DNA of 47,626 bases from Anaeramoeba ignava BMAN (GCA_028826165.1 JAPDFW010000050.1:1-47626); one strand, 5' to 3'; counted from the first letter of the stretch, positions 22,001 through 35,200 are shown. Made by a program: numbers and translations. Notes: generated by a model not told the origin, from the sequence alone.

Positions 22001-22525
22001 CAAATGTTTTCACCCAAGAACATGATGGCAGCAGCTGATCCATCACTTGGGAAGTACTTGACAGCATCTGCCATGTTCAGGGGAAGAATTCCAACAAAAG
22101 AAGTTGATGACAACATGCTTTCATTGTTGAATAAAAATCGGGGGCAATTTATTGAATGGATTCCAAATAATATCAAAAGTACAATTTGTGATATTCCACC
22201 AAAAGGTCTTAAGCAAAGTGTTGCTTTTGTTGGCAATTCAACGTCGATTCAGGAACTTTTCAAAAGAATCGGCGACCAATTCTCAAAAATGTATAAGAGA
22301 AAAGCTTTTATTCATTGGTATCTTAATGAAGGTCTTGATGAATCTGAATTTGTTGAATCACAAAACAACATGAATGATTTGGTTATGGAATATCAACAAT
22401 ATCAAGATGCCACTCTTGATGATGTTTTTGGAGAGGCAGATGATTCAGAGCCAGAACAAAAAAGTGATGCAGATGAACAAGTTCAGAGTGGAGAAGATTC
22501 TGCTCAAGAAGACGATGATAATTAA
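19066..22525 (+). CDS. TUBB: Beta-tubulin, divergent, 465 aa; exons 19066-19234, 20378-20938, 21858-22525
   Basis: MREIVHIQ start, GGGTGSG signature, RFP|[13 protein letters not shown] across intron 2, EYQQYQDA and an acidic tail. Both introns are GT-AG, phase 1. Confidence 0.97.
19330..20360. repeat. Intronic 12-bp minisatellite (ATTAAATTCATT/ATTAAATTTATT) in tubulin intron 1
   Basis: Directly visible, with an internal ~54-bp duplication (~19381-19434 vs ~19477-19530). Confidence 0.92.
20955..21835. repeat. Intronic 17-18-bp minisatellite (TTAATTTGAAATTTGAA) in tubulin intron 2
   Basis: Directly visible. Confidence 0.92.
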
Positions 22526-22789
22526 CTTTTTTTTTTTTGGTTTCTTCTTTTCTCGTTTTTTTTCTGATTTTTTTTTTGTCGTTTTTTTGTTTTTTTTTTT
22601 TTTGAATTTGTTTTTGCTTTTTCATTTTCATTTTCATTTTCATTTTCGTGACAGAAAATATTAATATTCAATCAAACAATTCAATTTAGCTATTCATTCT
22701 TAAGAAAAAGCATTTTTAAAATAAAACAAGAAATAAACCAAAAAAACAAAAAGTGGAACAAAATTCTAAATAAATTTTTTGAACTATTT

Positions 22790-25700
22790 TAATTTAAATA
22801 AAATGGAATTGATTTAAATAAATAAAATGGAATTGATTTAAATAAATAAAATGGAATTGATTTAAATAAATAAAATGGAATTGATTTAAATAAATAAAAT
22901 GGAATAAATTTAAATAAATAAATTGGAATAAATTTAAATAAATAAAATGGAATTAATTTAAATAAATAAAATGGAATTAATTTAAATAAATAAAGTGGAA
23001 TAAATTTAAATAAATAAATTGGAATAAATTTAAATAAATAAAATGGAATTGATTTAAATAAATAAAATGGAATTAATTTAAATAAATAAAGTGGAATAAA
23101 TTTAAATAAATAAAATGGAATAAATTTAAATAAATAAATTGGAATAAATTTAAATAAATAAAATGGAATTGATTTAAATAAATAAAATGGAATTGATTTA
23201 AATAAATAAAAATGGAATTGATTTTAAATAAATAAAATGGAATTGATTTTAAATAAATAAAATGGAATAAATTTAAATAAATAAATTGGAATAAATTTAA
23301 ATAAATAAAATGGAATTAATTTAAATAAATAAAATGGAATTGATTTAAATAAATAAAATGGAATTGATTTAAATAAATAAAATGGAATTGATTTAAATAA
23401 ATAAAAATGGAATTGATTTAAATAAATAAAGTGGAATAAATTTAAATAAATAAATTGGAATAAATTTAAATAAATAAAATGGAATTAATTTAAATAAATA
23501 AAATGGAATTAATTTAAATAAATAAATTGGAATAAATTTAAATAAATAAATTGGAATAAATTTAAATAAATAAAATGGAATTGATTTAAATAAATAAAAT
23601 GGAATTAATTTAAATAAATAAAGTGGAATAAATTTAAATAAATAAAATAGAATAAATTTAAATAAATAAATTGGAATTAATTTAAATAAATAAAATGGAA
23701 TAAATTTAAATAAATAAAATGGAATAAATTTAAATAAATAAATTGGAATTGTTTTAAATAAATAAAACGGAATTAATTTAAATAAATAAAATGGAATTAA
23801 TTTAAATAAAAAGTGGAATAAATTTAAATAAAAAAAAATGGAATAAATTTTAAATAAATAAAATGGAATTGATTTAAATAAAGTGGAATTAATTTAAATA
23901 AATAAATTGGAATAAATTTAATTAAATAAAATGGAATTAATTTAAATAAATAAAATGGAATAAATTTAAATAAATAAATAAAATGGAATTGATTTTAAAT
24001 AAAGTGGAATTAATTTAAATAAATAAATTGGAATAAATTTAATTAAATAAAATGGAATTAATTTAAATAAATAAAATGGAATTAATTTAAATAAATAAAA
24101 TGGAATAAATTTAAATAAATAAATTGGAATTAATTTAAATAAATAAAAATAAAATTAATTTAAATAAATAAAATGGAATAAATTTAAATAAATAAAATGG
24201 AATAAATTTAAATAAATAAAATGGAATTAATTTAAATAAATAAATTGGAATTAATTTAAATAAAATAAAATGGAATAAATTTAAATAAATAAAATGGAAT
24301 AAATTTAAATAAATAAATAAAATGGAATTGATTTAAATAAATAAAATGGAATTGATTTAAATAAATAAAGTGGAATAAATTTAAATAAATAAAATGGAAT
24401 AAATTTAAATAAATAAAATGGAATTAATTTAAATAAATAAAATGGAATTGATTTAAATAAATAAAATGGAATTGATTTAAATAAATAAAATGGAATTGAT
24501 TTAAATAAATAAATTGGAATTAATTTAAATAAATAAATTGGAATAAATTTAAATAAATAAATTGAAATAAATTTAAATAAATAAAATGGAATAAATTTAA
24601 ATAAATAAAATGGAATTAATTTAAATAAATAAATTGGAATTAATTTAAATAAATAAAGTGGAATAAATTTAAATAAATAAAAATGGAATAAATTTAATTA
24701 AATAAAATGGAATTAATTTAAAAATAAATAAATTGGAATAAATTTAAAAATTAATTGAATAAATTTAATTTAAATAAATAAAATGGAATTAATTTAAATA
24801 AATAAAATGGAATTAATTTAAATAAATAAAATGGAATAAATTTAAATAAATAAAGTGGAATAAATTTAAATAAATAAAATGGAATAAATTTAAATAAATA
24901 AATTGGAATAAATTTAAATAAATAAATTGGAATAAATTTAAATAAATAAATTGGAATAAATTTAAATAAATAAATTGGAATTAATTTAAATAAATAAAAT
25001 GGAATAAATTTAAATAAATAAAGTGGAATTAATTTAAATAAATAAAATGGAATTAATTTAAATAAATAAAATGGAATTGATTTTAAATAAATAAATTGGA
25101 ATAAATTTAAATAAATAAATTGGAATAAATTTAAATAAATAAAATGGAATTAATTTAAATAAATAAAATGGAATTAATTTAAATAAATAAATTGGAATAA
25201 ATTTAAATAAATAAATTGGAATAAATTTAAATAAATTAATTGGAATAAATTAAATTTAAATAAATAAAATGGAATAAATTTAAATAAATAAATTGGAATT
25301 AATTTAATTAAATAAAATGGAATTAATTTAAATAAATAAAATGGAATTAATTTAAATAAATAAATTGGAATTAATTTAAATAAATAAAAATGGAATTAAT
25401 TTAAATAAATAAAATGGAATTAATTTAAAATAAATAAATAAAATGGAATAAATTTAAATAAAAAAGTGGAATAAATTTAAATAAAAAAAGTGGAATAAAT
25501 TTAAATAAATAAATTGGAATTAATTTAAATAAATAAAATGGAATAAATTTAAATAAAATAAAATGGAATTAATTTAAATAAATAAAGTGGAATAAATTTA
25601 AATAAATAAAATGGAATAAATTTAAATAAATAAAATGGAATTAATTTAAATAAATAAAATGGAATAAATTTAAATAAATAAATTGGAATTAATTTAAATA

Positions 25701-25790
25701 AAAAAAGAGGAATTAATTTAAATAAAATTGAATTAATTTAAATAAATAAATTGGAATTAATTTAAATAAATAAAATGGAATTAATTTAAT
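22790..25790. repeat. Intergenic 24-bp satellite AAATAAATAAAATGGAAT(T/A)(G/A)ATTT, ~3 kb, roughly 125 units
   Basis: Directly visible period of 24, with a few recurring variants (AATGG/ATTGG/AGTGG). Confidence 0.96.
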
Positions 25791-27306
25791 TAAAAAAAAA
25801 GAGGAATTAAATTAATAAAAAAAAAAGAGGAATTAATTTAAATTTAAATTTAAATGGAAATGATTAATTTGATTTATTTATTTTAATTAGATTAATTGTA
25901 TTTTTATTAAAATTTATATTGACAAAAAAAAAGAGGAATAAATTTTTTGGATTTATTTTTTTGGAATTAAATTTTAATGGCAAAAAAGACAAAATTTATT
26001 ATAAATTTATTTTTAATTTTTTTAAAGAGATCGAAATAAAACAATTTTTTAATTTAAATTATTAAAAATTTAATCAAAATTCTTTTAAAAAATTTTAATT
26101 AAAATATTTTAATTTAATTTTTTTTTGATCAAAATTCCAAAAAAAAAAAAATATTTTGATCCCCAAAAAATTAATAAATTATTAACAAAAATTTAATTTC
26201 TAATAATAAATCAAAGAGAACTAATTGATCCTAATATTTGGAATAATTAAAAATTAATTAATAAAAAATTTAAAAGAAAAAATTCTTTTGATTTTAATTT
26301 TAAAATTTTTAAATTAATCCTTTATTTATTTTAATAATTTTTAGTTGAAAAAATCAACAATCCAAAAAAAAAAATTTAATTTTAAAAAGAATTTTTTTTT
26401 TATTAAGCAAAAAAAAAATAAATAAAAAAATTAAAAAAGAAAAAAATTACGAATAAAAAAAATTTAAAAGGAATTTTAAATTAAAATTTTTCAATTTTTA
26501 TTAATAATTTAAAATCAATCCCCCTCTTTAAAAAAATTAAAAAATTAAATTTTAATTTAATTGGAAAAAATTTTTTTTTTTATTCTCCAATTTAAATCTT
26601 TTATTAATTAATTAAAATTAAAATTAAAATTAAAATTAAAATTAAAATTAAAATAGTGAAAAATTAATTAATAATATTAATTAATTTTATTTTATTAGTT
26701 TATTATATGATCATTAAAATTAATTTCGTAATTTTTAATCCAATTAATTTTCCCCTTTTTTATTTATTTTTTTTTTATTTAAATTAAATTAAAAAAATTT
26801 TTTTTTTTTTAAAAATAAATAAATAATATAATTAAAAAAAGGATTTTGATCCTATCAAATAATTTAAGGATTAGAAATTGATCGATTGATTAAAATAACT
26901 TATAACTGTTTTCTTTTCTTTTCTTTCTTTTTAATTAAAATTTTTTTTTTTTAATTTAAATTTTTTTTTCTTATTTATTTTTTTTAATTTAATTTTCAAG
27001 AATCCAAAAAAAAAATAAAAAGGGAAACAAACCATTAAGTGTTAAATTAATTGAAAAAAAAAAATAAGAAAAAAAAATTTTTTCGTTTAAAAAAAAAACA
27101 AATTAACTTTTAATTCAAAATTTAATAAACTTTTTATTATTAATTTTTTAATTGAAAAAAAAAAAAAAAAAAAAGAAAAGAAAATTTTTTTTTGGAAAAA
27201 AAAAAGAAGAAAAAGCAAAAAAAAAGCTTATTAAAAATTAATTAAAAAAAATTTTTTTCATTTTTCTAATTCACATTTTCTCAAATTTAAAAAAAAAAAA
27301 ATTCAA

Positions 27307-27897
27307 ATGCAAACTCAAATGAATTGGTATCAAAGAGACCCAGAAATTTTAGAAACAGCTCAAATACTAGTTAATTTAAAAAAAGAAATTCAACAGAGAA
27401 AAGTCAATTATCAACCAATAAATGAAGAATTTATAAAAACAATCAGAAAAGAAACAGAAGAAGAAAAACAACAAACAGAAAGAAAAAAGAATGAAGAAAA
27501 AAAAGAGGAAGAAGAAAAAAAAAAAGAGGAAAAAAAAGGAGAAAATTCTGATGATGAATTTCTTTTTAAATTTCGTAATTTTGTAACTCAAAATCCACCG
27601 CCACGTGTTGGTTTTAGACTAAGTTACATATCTCAATTTAAACCTGATTTGATTCACGGATGGAACCCAGATACTGTTATTCATGCTAAAAATGATCCTC
27701 CAAATCAAGTTGAAATTGAAGATGATTTATTTGTAATGGTTGAAAAATCAACTGGTCAATCTAAGAAAAATGTTCGTAGAAGTGTTGCTGCTTATTTAGC
27801 AAAGATTGGTCTTGAAAATATCACAAAATATCAACGCGGAAAGATGGTGTTTAAACGCAATTTAAATCGAAAACCTTTGCAATCCAAAAAAATTTAA
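27307..27897 (+). CDS. Hypothetical protein, 196 aa, intronless (K/E-rich helix followed by a ~105-aa basic globular domain)
   Basis: Complex, higher-GC ORF with ATG in an A-rich context, flanked by homopolymeric non-coding DNA. Confidence 0.8.
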   Translation: MQTQMNWYQRDPEILETAQILVNLKKEIQQRKVNYQPINEEFIKTIRKETEEEKQQTERKKNEEKKEEEEKKKEEKKGENSDDEFLFKFRNFVTQNPPPRVGFRLSYISQFKPDLIHGWNPDTVIHAKNDPPNQVEIEDDLFVMVEKSTGQSKKNVRRSVAAYLAKIGLENITKYQRGKMVFKRNLNRKPLQSKKI

Positions 27898-28583
27898 TTT
27901 TTTTTTTTCTTTTAACAAAAAAAATTTTTTGCTTTTTCTTTTTTTTTTTGCTTTTTACTTTTTAAATTTCTGTATGAAATAAAGAGTGTTTCCAAGTCTC
28001 AAAGAATAAATTTTTTTTTTATTATTTGATCTTTTTTTAAATTTTTAATAAGAAAAAAAATTTTTTTGCTTATTAATTTTTTTTTTTTAAAATAAATTAA
28101 TTAAAAATTTTTTAGTTGTTTGATTCCTTCCCCCCAAACAAGTTTCAATTATAATTTCAATTTAAAATTAATCAAAAAATTTATTAAAAAGTTATCCACA
28201 AAATTTTAATTATAATTTAAATTAAAAATTCGAACAAAAAATTTATTAAAAAATTATCCACAAAATTATCAAAAAAATTTAAATAAAGATTAAATAAAGA
28301 TTTAAAATTTAAATAAAGATTAAATAAAAACTATCCACAAAATTTTGATTTACAATTTAAATAAGATTAAATAAAAATTCGAACAAAAAATTTACGAAAA
28401 AGTTGCTTTTTTTTTTTGAAATAATTCTTTTTCTTTTGGTTAAATCAAAAAAAAAATTGAAATAAAAAGAAAGAAATTCACAAAAACATCAAAGAATTGA
28501 AAGAATATAAAAAAAAATATTTTTTTCACAAACTTAAACTTGTGTAAAAAAAAAGAAAAAAAAAAGGAGAACGATAAAAAAAA

Positions 28584-31343
28584 TCACATTTCATCATCAT
28601 TATTGATATTAATCAAAAGTTTATCATTAATTTGAGTTGAAATAATTTTTTTAGGAACTTGAGATTTTTTGCAACGAAGCATAAGTGGAATCTTATTTCT
28701 AACTTTTGAGGCAAAAATAACAAAAATAAGACAATCAATAAAACCTTGAAGTGGATCGAAAATTGCCTGCATTATATCAAGCCATTCAATTTCAGAACAA
28801 TCTGGATGAGCAACTTCTCTTGTGCGTTTAATTGAAGACCAGATTACAAGAAAGAAATAGGAAATTGGTATGATTGACATTCGTATTTGAGCTGATCTTT
28901 TTTCTTGACTTTTTGTTGTTTGATGTTCTTGTAATCTTTTGGATTCTTTGCGAATTTTGTCAATTAATAGAAAATAAAAAACCATCATTACTACAAGTGA
29001 TAACCAGTAAGTTACATATACTGCTGTTAATATTGTTCTTGATGTTGGACTGCACCTATTTTTTATATTTAGATTTTAATTTTAATTTTAAATTAGATTT
29101 ATATTTAGATTTAGATTTAGATTTTAATTTATATTTAGATTTATATTTTGATTTAGATTTAGATTTAGATTTAGATTTTGATTTATATTTATAATTATAT
29201 TTTTATATTTATATTTAGATTTAGATTTATATTTATATTTATATTTATATTTAGATTTAGATTTAGATTTAGATTTAGATTTAGATTTAGATTTATATTT
29301 AGATTTAGATTTATATTTATATTTAGATTTATATTTATATTTAGATTTAGATTTATATTTAGATTTAGATTTAGATTTAGATTTATATTTATATTTATAT
29401 TTATATTTTAAATTTTTATATTTATATTTATATTTATATTTATATTTATATTTATATTTATATTTATATTTATATTTATATTTATATTTTATATTTATAT
29501 TTATATTTATATTTATATTTAGATTTAGATTTAGATTTAGATTTAGATTTTGATTTAGATTTGATTTATATTTATATTTATATTTGATTTTGATTTAAAT
29601 TTAGATTTAGATTTAGATTTTAGATTTAGATTTTGATATTTATATTTATATTTATATTTATATTTATATTTTATTTAGAATTTTGATTTATATTTTGATT
29701 TTGATTTTGATTTATATTTAGATTTATATTTAAATTTAGATTTAGATTTTAAATTTAGATTTAGATTTAAATTTATATTTATATTTATATTTAGATTTGA
29801 TTAATAGATTTTTTTGATTTTGATTTAGATTTTTGATTTTGATTTAGATTTAGATTTAGATTTAGATTTGATTTTAAGATTTAATTTAGATTTTAGATTT
29901 AAATTTTTTGAATTTAGATTTCATATTTATTTTAGATTTATATTTATATTTATAGATTTATTTAGAAATTTAGATTTGAATTTAAATTTAAATTTAGATT
30001 TAGAAGATTTTGAATTTAATTTGATTTAGATTTTGATTTGATTACCATTTGATTTTTTATTTATATTTATATTTATATTTTAAATTTATATTTAGAAGAT
30101 TTATATTTATATTTATATTTATATTTAGATTTAGAATTTAGATTTAGATTTTTATAAGATTTATATTTTATATTTAAATTTATATTTTGATTTAGATTTA
30201 GATTTAGATTTATATTTATATTTAGATTTAGATTTGCATTTAGAGGATTTTTAGATTTAGACAAGATTCCATTTAGATTTAGATTTAGATTTTGATTTTG
30301 ATTTTGATTTAGATTTATATTTGTGATTTAGATTTGATTTATATTTTGATTTGTGATTTGGATTTAGATTTCATTTAGAAGATTTAGATTTAGATTTTAT
30401 ATTTATATTTATATTTAAAATTTGTTTTTGATTTAGATTTATATTTATATTTTGATTTAGATTTAGATTTAGAAGATTTAGATTTGGATTTTTGATTTGG
30501 ATTTTGAAAGATTTTGATTTTAATTTAGATTTATATTTACTATTTAGATTTATATTTATATTTAAATTTAGATTTAGATTTGATTTATATTTAGATTTAG
30601 ATTTAGATTTTAATTTTTGATTTTGATTTAGATTTAAATTTATATTTATATTTAGAAATTTATATTTATATTTATTTTATATTTTGATTTAGATTTAGAT
30701 TTAGATTTAGATTTAAATTTAAATTTAGATTTAGATTTCGATTTTAATTTTGATTTTGATTTTAATTTAGATTTATATTTATATTTATATTTGTATTTAT
30801 ATTTATAAATTTGTTTTCTGATTTTAAATTAAAATGAAATTAAAAGCAAAATTTTTTGAAAGCAAATAAAGAAAGAAAGAAAGAAAGGAATAAATAAAAA
30901 GAAGAGGAATAAAAGTACCAATGAGTAGGGGGAGTATTTTTAATATCACCAAAAAAGGAAGCTAAGAAGAAAAAAATCAAGCAAACAATCCATAAAAAGA
31001 AATTCAAAAATAAAGAAATTCTTCTAAGTTTTTTGCCTGAGACGTTTCTCGAAATTCTCAACCAAGTGAGGATGGAAATACAAGCAGTCCAAATGGGAGG
31101 TGCTAGTGAGATTCCTGTGAGATAGATTCCTTGACCACTGCATATTGAGTCCCATGACCCACCTGGAAATAAACATCCAATCCCAAGTAGAAGATCATAT
31201 ATTGATAATATAAAAACTAATTGTCGATAAAATTGCTTTTTTAACTCAGAAAAATATAAATGGGTCGCTATTATTAAAAGACATCCTACTATCGCAAAAC
31301 TACTACTAATCATCGTAATGTAAAATTCTGCCGTTTGAGTCAT
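28584..31343 (-). CDS. Seven-transmembrane receptor, Dictyostelium cAMP-receptor/plant GCR1-like GPCR, 298 aa; exons 31343-30919, 29055-28584
   Basis: Seven hydrophobic segments. Family-like motifs GCLLII, RQLVFILSIYDL, CSGQG, IWTACIS, HW|CSP across the intron, and PLQGFIDCLIF. One 1863-nt GT-AG intron, phase 2. Confidence 0.85.
29060..30800. repeat. Intronic hexamer microsatellite (ATTTAG/ATTTAT/ATTTTG on +) in the GPCR intron
   Basis: Directly visible. Confidence 0.93.
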
Positions 31344-31496
31344 TTTTGTTTTTGTTTTTCTTTTTGAAAATAAATTGAAAATAAAAAAAAATAAATTTTT
31401 TATTTTTGATTTTTTTTTATTTCAAAAAAGCAAAAAAAACTTTTTTTTCTTTTTTCTTTTTGATTTTGATTTTGATTTTGATTTAATTTTGATTTA

Positions 31497-32220
31497 ATTT
31501 CTTCTTTTGTTCCACTTTTCTTTTTTTATATAAATTTAATTTGATTTGAATTTAATTTGGATTTAATTTAATTTGGATTGATTTGAATTTGATTTGAATT
31601 TAATTTGGATTTAATTTTAATTTGAATTTAATTTGAATTTGATTTTAATTTGGATTTAATTTGGATTTAATTTAATTTGATTTGAATTTGATTTGATTTG
31701 AATTTAATTTGAATTTAATTTGATTTTGATTTAATTTAGATTTAATTTCTTCTTTTGTTCCACTTTTCTTTTTTTATATAAATTTGATTTGAATTTAATT
31801 TGGATTTGATTTGGATTTGATTTTAATTTGATTTTAATTTGAATTTGAATTTAATTTGAATTTAATTTGAATTTAATTTGGATTTAATTTGAATTTAATT
31901 TGAATTTGATTTGAATTTGGATTTAATTTAATTTGATTTGAATTTGATTTGATTTGAATTTAATTTAATTTAATTTGATTTTAATTTAATTTGATTTGAT
32001 TTGAATTTAATTTGATTTTAGTTTGAATTTAATTTGAATTTGATTTGAATTTGATTTGAATTTAATTTGATTTTAATTTGAATTTAGTTTGAATTTAATT
32101 TCTCCTTTTGTTCCACTTTTCTTTTTTTATATAAAATTAATTTGAATTTAATTTAATTTCTTTTTTTATATAAATTTAATTTGATTTAATTTCTTTTTTT
32201 ATATAAATTTGATTTGATTT
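31497..32220. repeat. Composite repeat: three ~37-bp direct repeats (CTTCTTTTGTTCCACTTTTCTTTTTTTATATAAATTT) plus two truncated copies, separated by GATTT/GAATTT microsatellite
   Basis: Copies at ~31501, ~31749 and ~32102; partial copies at ~32157 and ~32191. Confidence 0.88.
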
Positions 32221-32249
32221 CAATTTTTTTATATTAATTTTAAATTTCA

Positions 32250-35200
32250 TCAAAAATTATCATCGCTCATTTCATCTCCTCCTAAAGAATCAGTTTTATC
32301 ATTATCCTCAGTCTCTTCTCCAGATTTTTGATCTTCATTTTGATTCATAGATTCAATAAATTTTTGGCGAAGATCAATTGAATTACTCATCAAATTCATT
32401 TGATCTCCAAATTGAAAAATCTCTTCATCACTTGACAAATTGAAATTATCTTGCATAACATTTTCTTCTTGTGATTTCTCAGAAACTTCCGTGTTACTCA
32501 AACTGGGAATTTTCAACGTATTTCCCGAAAAATCATGAATATTTTTTTGATCCAAAAAATTATCTGAATTTTTTTGATCAATTTGAGAAGGAAAACGCTT
32601 TCGATTTGAAATTTCATCTGAAGATTTGCCAACACCCTTTTTGCGTGATGGCAATTCATCATCTTTCTTGTGATTATTACGCTTGGAATGAAAAGGAGAG
32701 GTTAATTCTGTTTGCATCATATCTTGAAAATTTGCAAATTCCAAATTTGTATCCAAATCAGAATCTGAATTGGATTCATTTTTTGTCTGAAAATCTAAAT
32801 TATATCGATCATCATCCGCCTGATCATTGATATTCTCATCATTATCTGACGAGCTTTCAAGATTCCGTTCATTTGACCAATTGATCGGAAACTGAGTATT
32901 TGATAAAGAGGAAAATTTTGTGATAAAAGAAAATTTTTTAAGGTTCTCCATTTTCTTCTTTTCTATATGAACAACATTGGAAGATAACCCATCCTTCTCA
33001 AAACTAAAAATATCGTTCGTAAAGGGTACTCTTTTTTTGGCAATAGACTTCAGTGCTTTGATTGTCCGAAACTCCTTTTCTTTTGCAAACTGAAGAAACC
33101 CATCGATTTTTTGCTCGTCATCAGAGCTCAAAATAAGACCCTCTAGACTACTTTGTCCTGTTATAACTCGGAGAATATCCATAACCTTCTCGAGATCTTG
33201 TTGTGAAGAGAAGGATGTTAAACTTGATATTAACTGAGGATCAACACTTTCCAAAAATTCGTTTTGTGAGATGTCAATTGTTGATAATAAAATTTTGAGG
33301 ATCTCAAAATATTCGTTTCGATATTGATTTGAGAAAGATCCCAAAGCATGAAGAAGGAAGTTAAATGTGAATGCGATTTCTTGTGGGAAAAATGCTTTTG
33401 AAAATGGGGTTTTTAAATTTAAAAGAAATTCTTCGTTGTTTTTGAATTCATTATTTTCAAATTTTTCAAGTATTTCTTCAATTTCTTTAAATCCATAAAG
33501 ACTTGATGAATTTCGTAGATTTTCTATTGTAGTTGAAATTTTTATAAGTGTGTTTTCTTGAAGTGATTTTGATAAAAGAGGTAGTAAGCCAAGAAAGTTT
33601 GATAAAAATTGGTTTGAATTTTTGGAGATGATTTCATTTTTAGGGAATATTGTCATTTTAGTAAGAATTTTGAGAGCGATATCTTCTGTTCTTGGGAAAT
33701 ACATTCCTTTTAGGATGAGAGGTTGAATTCCATCGAAAGGGAAGTCCCTTTTTTTTTAAATTGAATTAATTTGATTTGTATTAAATTTGAATTAATTTTT
33801 TGATTTGATTTTTTGATTTGAATTGAATTTAAATTAAATTTGAATTAAATTTGAATTAAATTTGGATTAAATTTGAATTAAATTTGAATTAAATTTGAAT
33901 TAAATTTGATTTGATTAAATTTGAATTAAATTTGATTTGATTTTGAATTAAATTTGAATTGAATTTGAATTAAATTAGTTTTGATTTGATTAAATTTGAA
34001 TTAAATTAGTTTTGATTTGAATTAATTTGAATTAAATTTGGATTAAATTTGAATTAAATTTGATTTGATTTGATTTGAATTAAATTTGAATTGAATTTGA
34101 ATTAAATTTGATTTGATTGAATTAAATTTGATTTGAATTAAATTTGAATTAAATTTGAATTAAATTTGAATTAAATTTGAATTAAATTTGAATTAAATTT
34201 GATTTGAATTAAATTAAATTTGAATTAAATTTGAATTAAATTTGAATTAAATTTGAATTAAATTTGAATTTGAATTAAATTTGAATTAAATTTGAATTAA
34301 ATTTGAATTAAATTTGAATTAAATTTGAATTAAATTTGAATTAAATTTGAATTAATTTGATTTGATTTGAATTAAATTTGAATTAAATTTGAATTAAATT
34401 TGAATTAAATTTGATTTAAATTTGATTTAAATTTGAATTAAATTTGAATTAAATTTGATTTGATTTGATTTGATTTGATTTGATTTGATTTGATTTGATT
34501 TGATTTGATTAAATTTGAATTAAATTTGAATTAAATTTGGATTAGATTTGATTTGATTTGATTTGAATTTGAATTTAAATTAAATTTGAATTAATTTTGA
34601 TTTGATTTGATTTTTTTTAAATTTGATTTGAATTTTTTTTAAATTTGATTTGATTTGATTTGATTTGATTTGATTTGAAACCATTGCTTAGGTAGACTAG
34701 AAATCAATTTATTCATCGTTTCTTCATCAGAAAACCCTATATCAATAATCCTTTCAACAAGTTGCATAACAAACAACAAAATCTTATCATTATCAGTTTG
34801 TAACAAAGCAATAGTTGTCCAAAATAAAGAAGGAAAATCCTTTAAACTTTGAACTTTTGTTGCCATAATTTTCAAAGTATTCAAAATTTCAACAATAAAC
34901 CAAATCAATTTTTCCAAAGACAAAGAAGGAGAAAATGTAAGATACAGAATATCAATCATTTCATTGAGTTCCTTCTTCTTCAATTTGCTAAGCAACGCTC
35001 GATAAATTTGATGCGAACGCGCGCAAATATGCAAATTATGTTGAGTCAATACTTTCCCATATTTATCCAATTTGGTGCTCCATTTAAACGCTTCAAGACA
35101 CCATTTCTCTTTGATATTAGCATCAAGAAGCTCAAATAATTCAACAAACTGAGTGATATAATCCTCCAACTCAATTTCACTCTGCAAATATAATTTGTTT

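Noticed and set aside
28190-28345. TTATCCACA (perfect DnaA box) twice plus a variant
   Set aside because: The context is eukaryotic and the copies belong to a local ~60-bp AT-rich duplication between convergent genes; there are no bacterial origin features.
29060-30800. ATTTAG repeats as interstitial telomere
   Set aside because: No GGG runs, mixed with ATTTAT/ATTTTG, and confined to an intron.
31497-32140. CRISPR-like array of 37-bp direct repeats
   Set aside because: Spacers are 200-300 bp low-complexity microsatellite, there are no cas genes, and the locus is eukaryotic.
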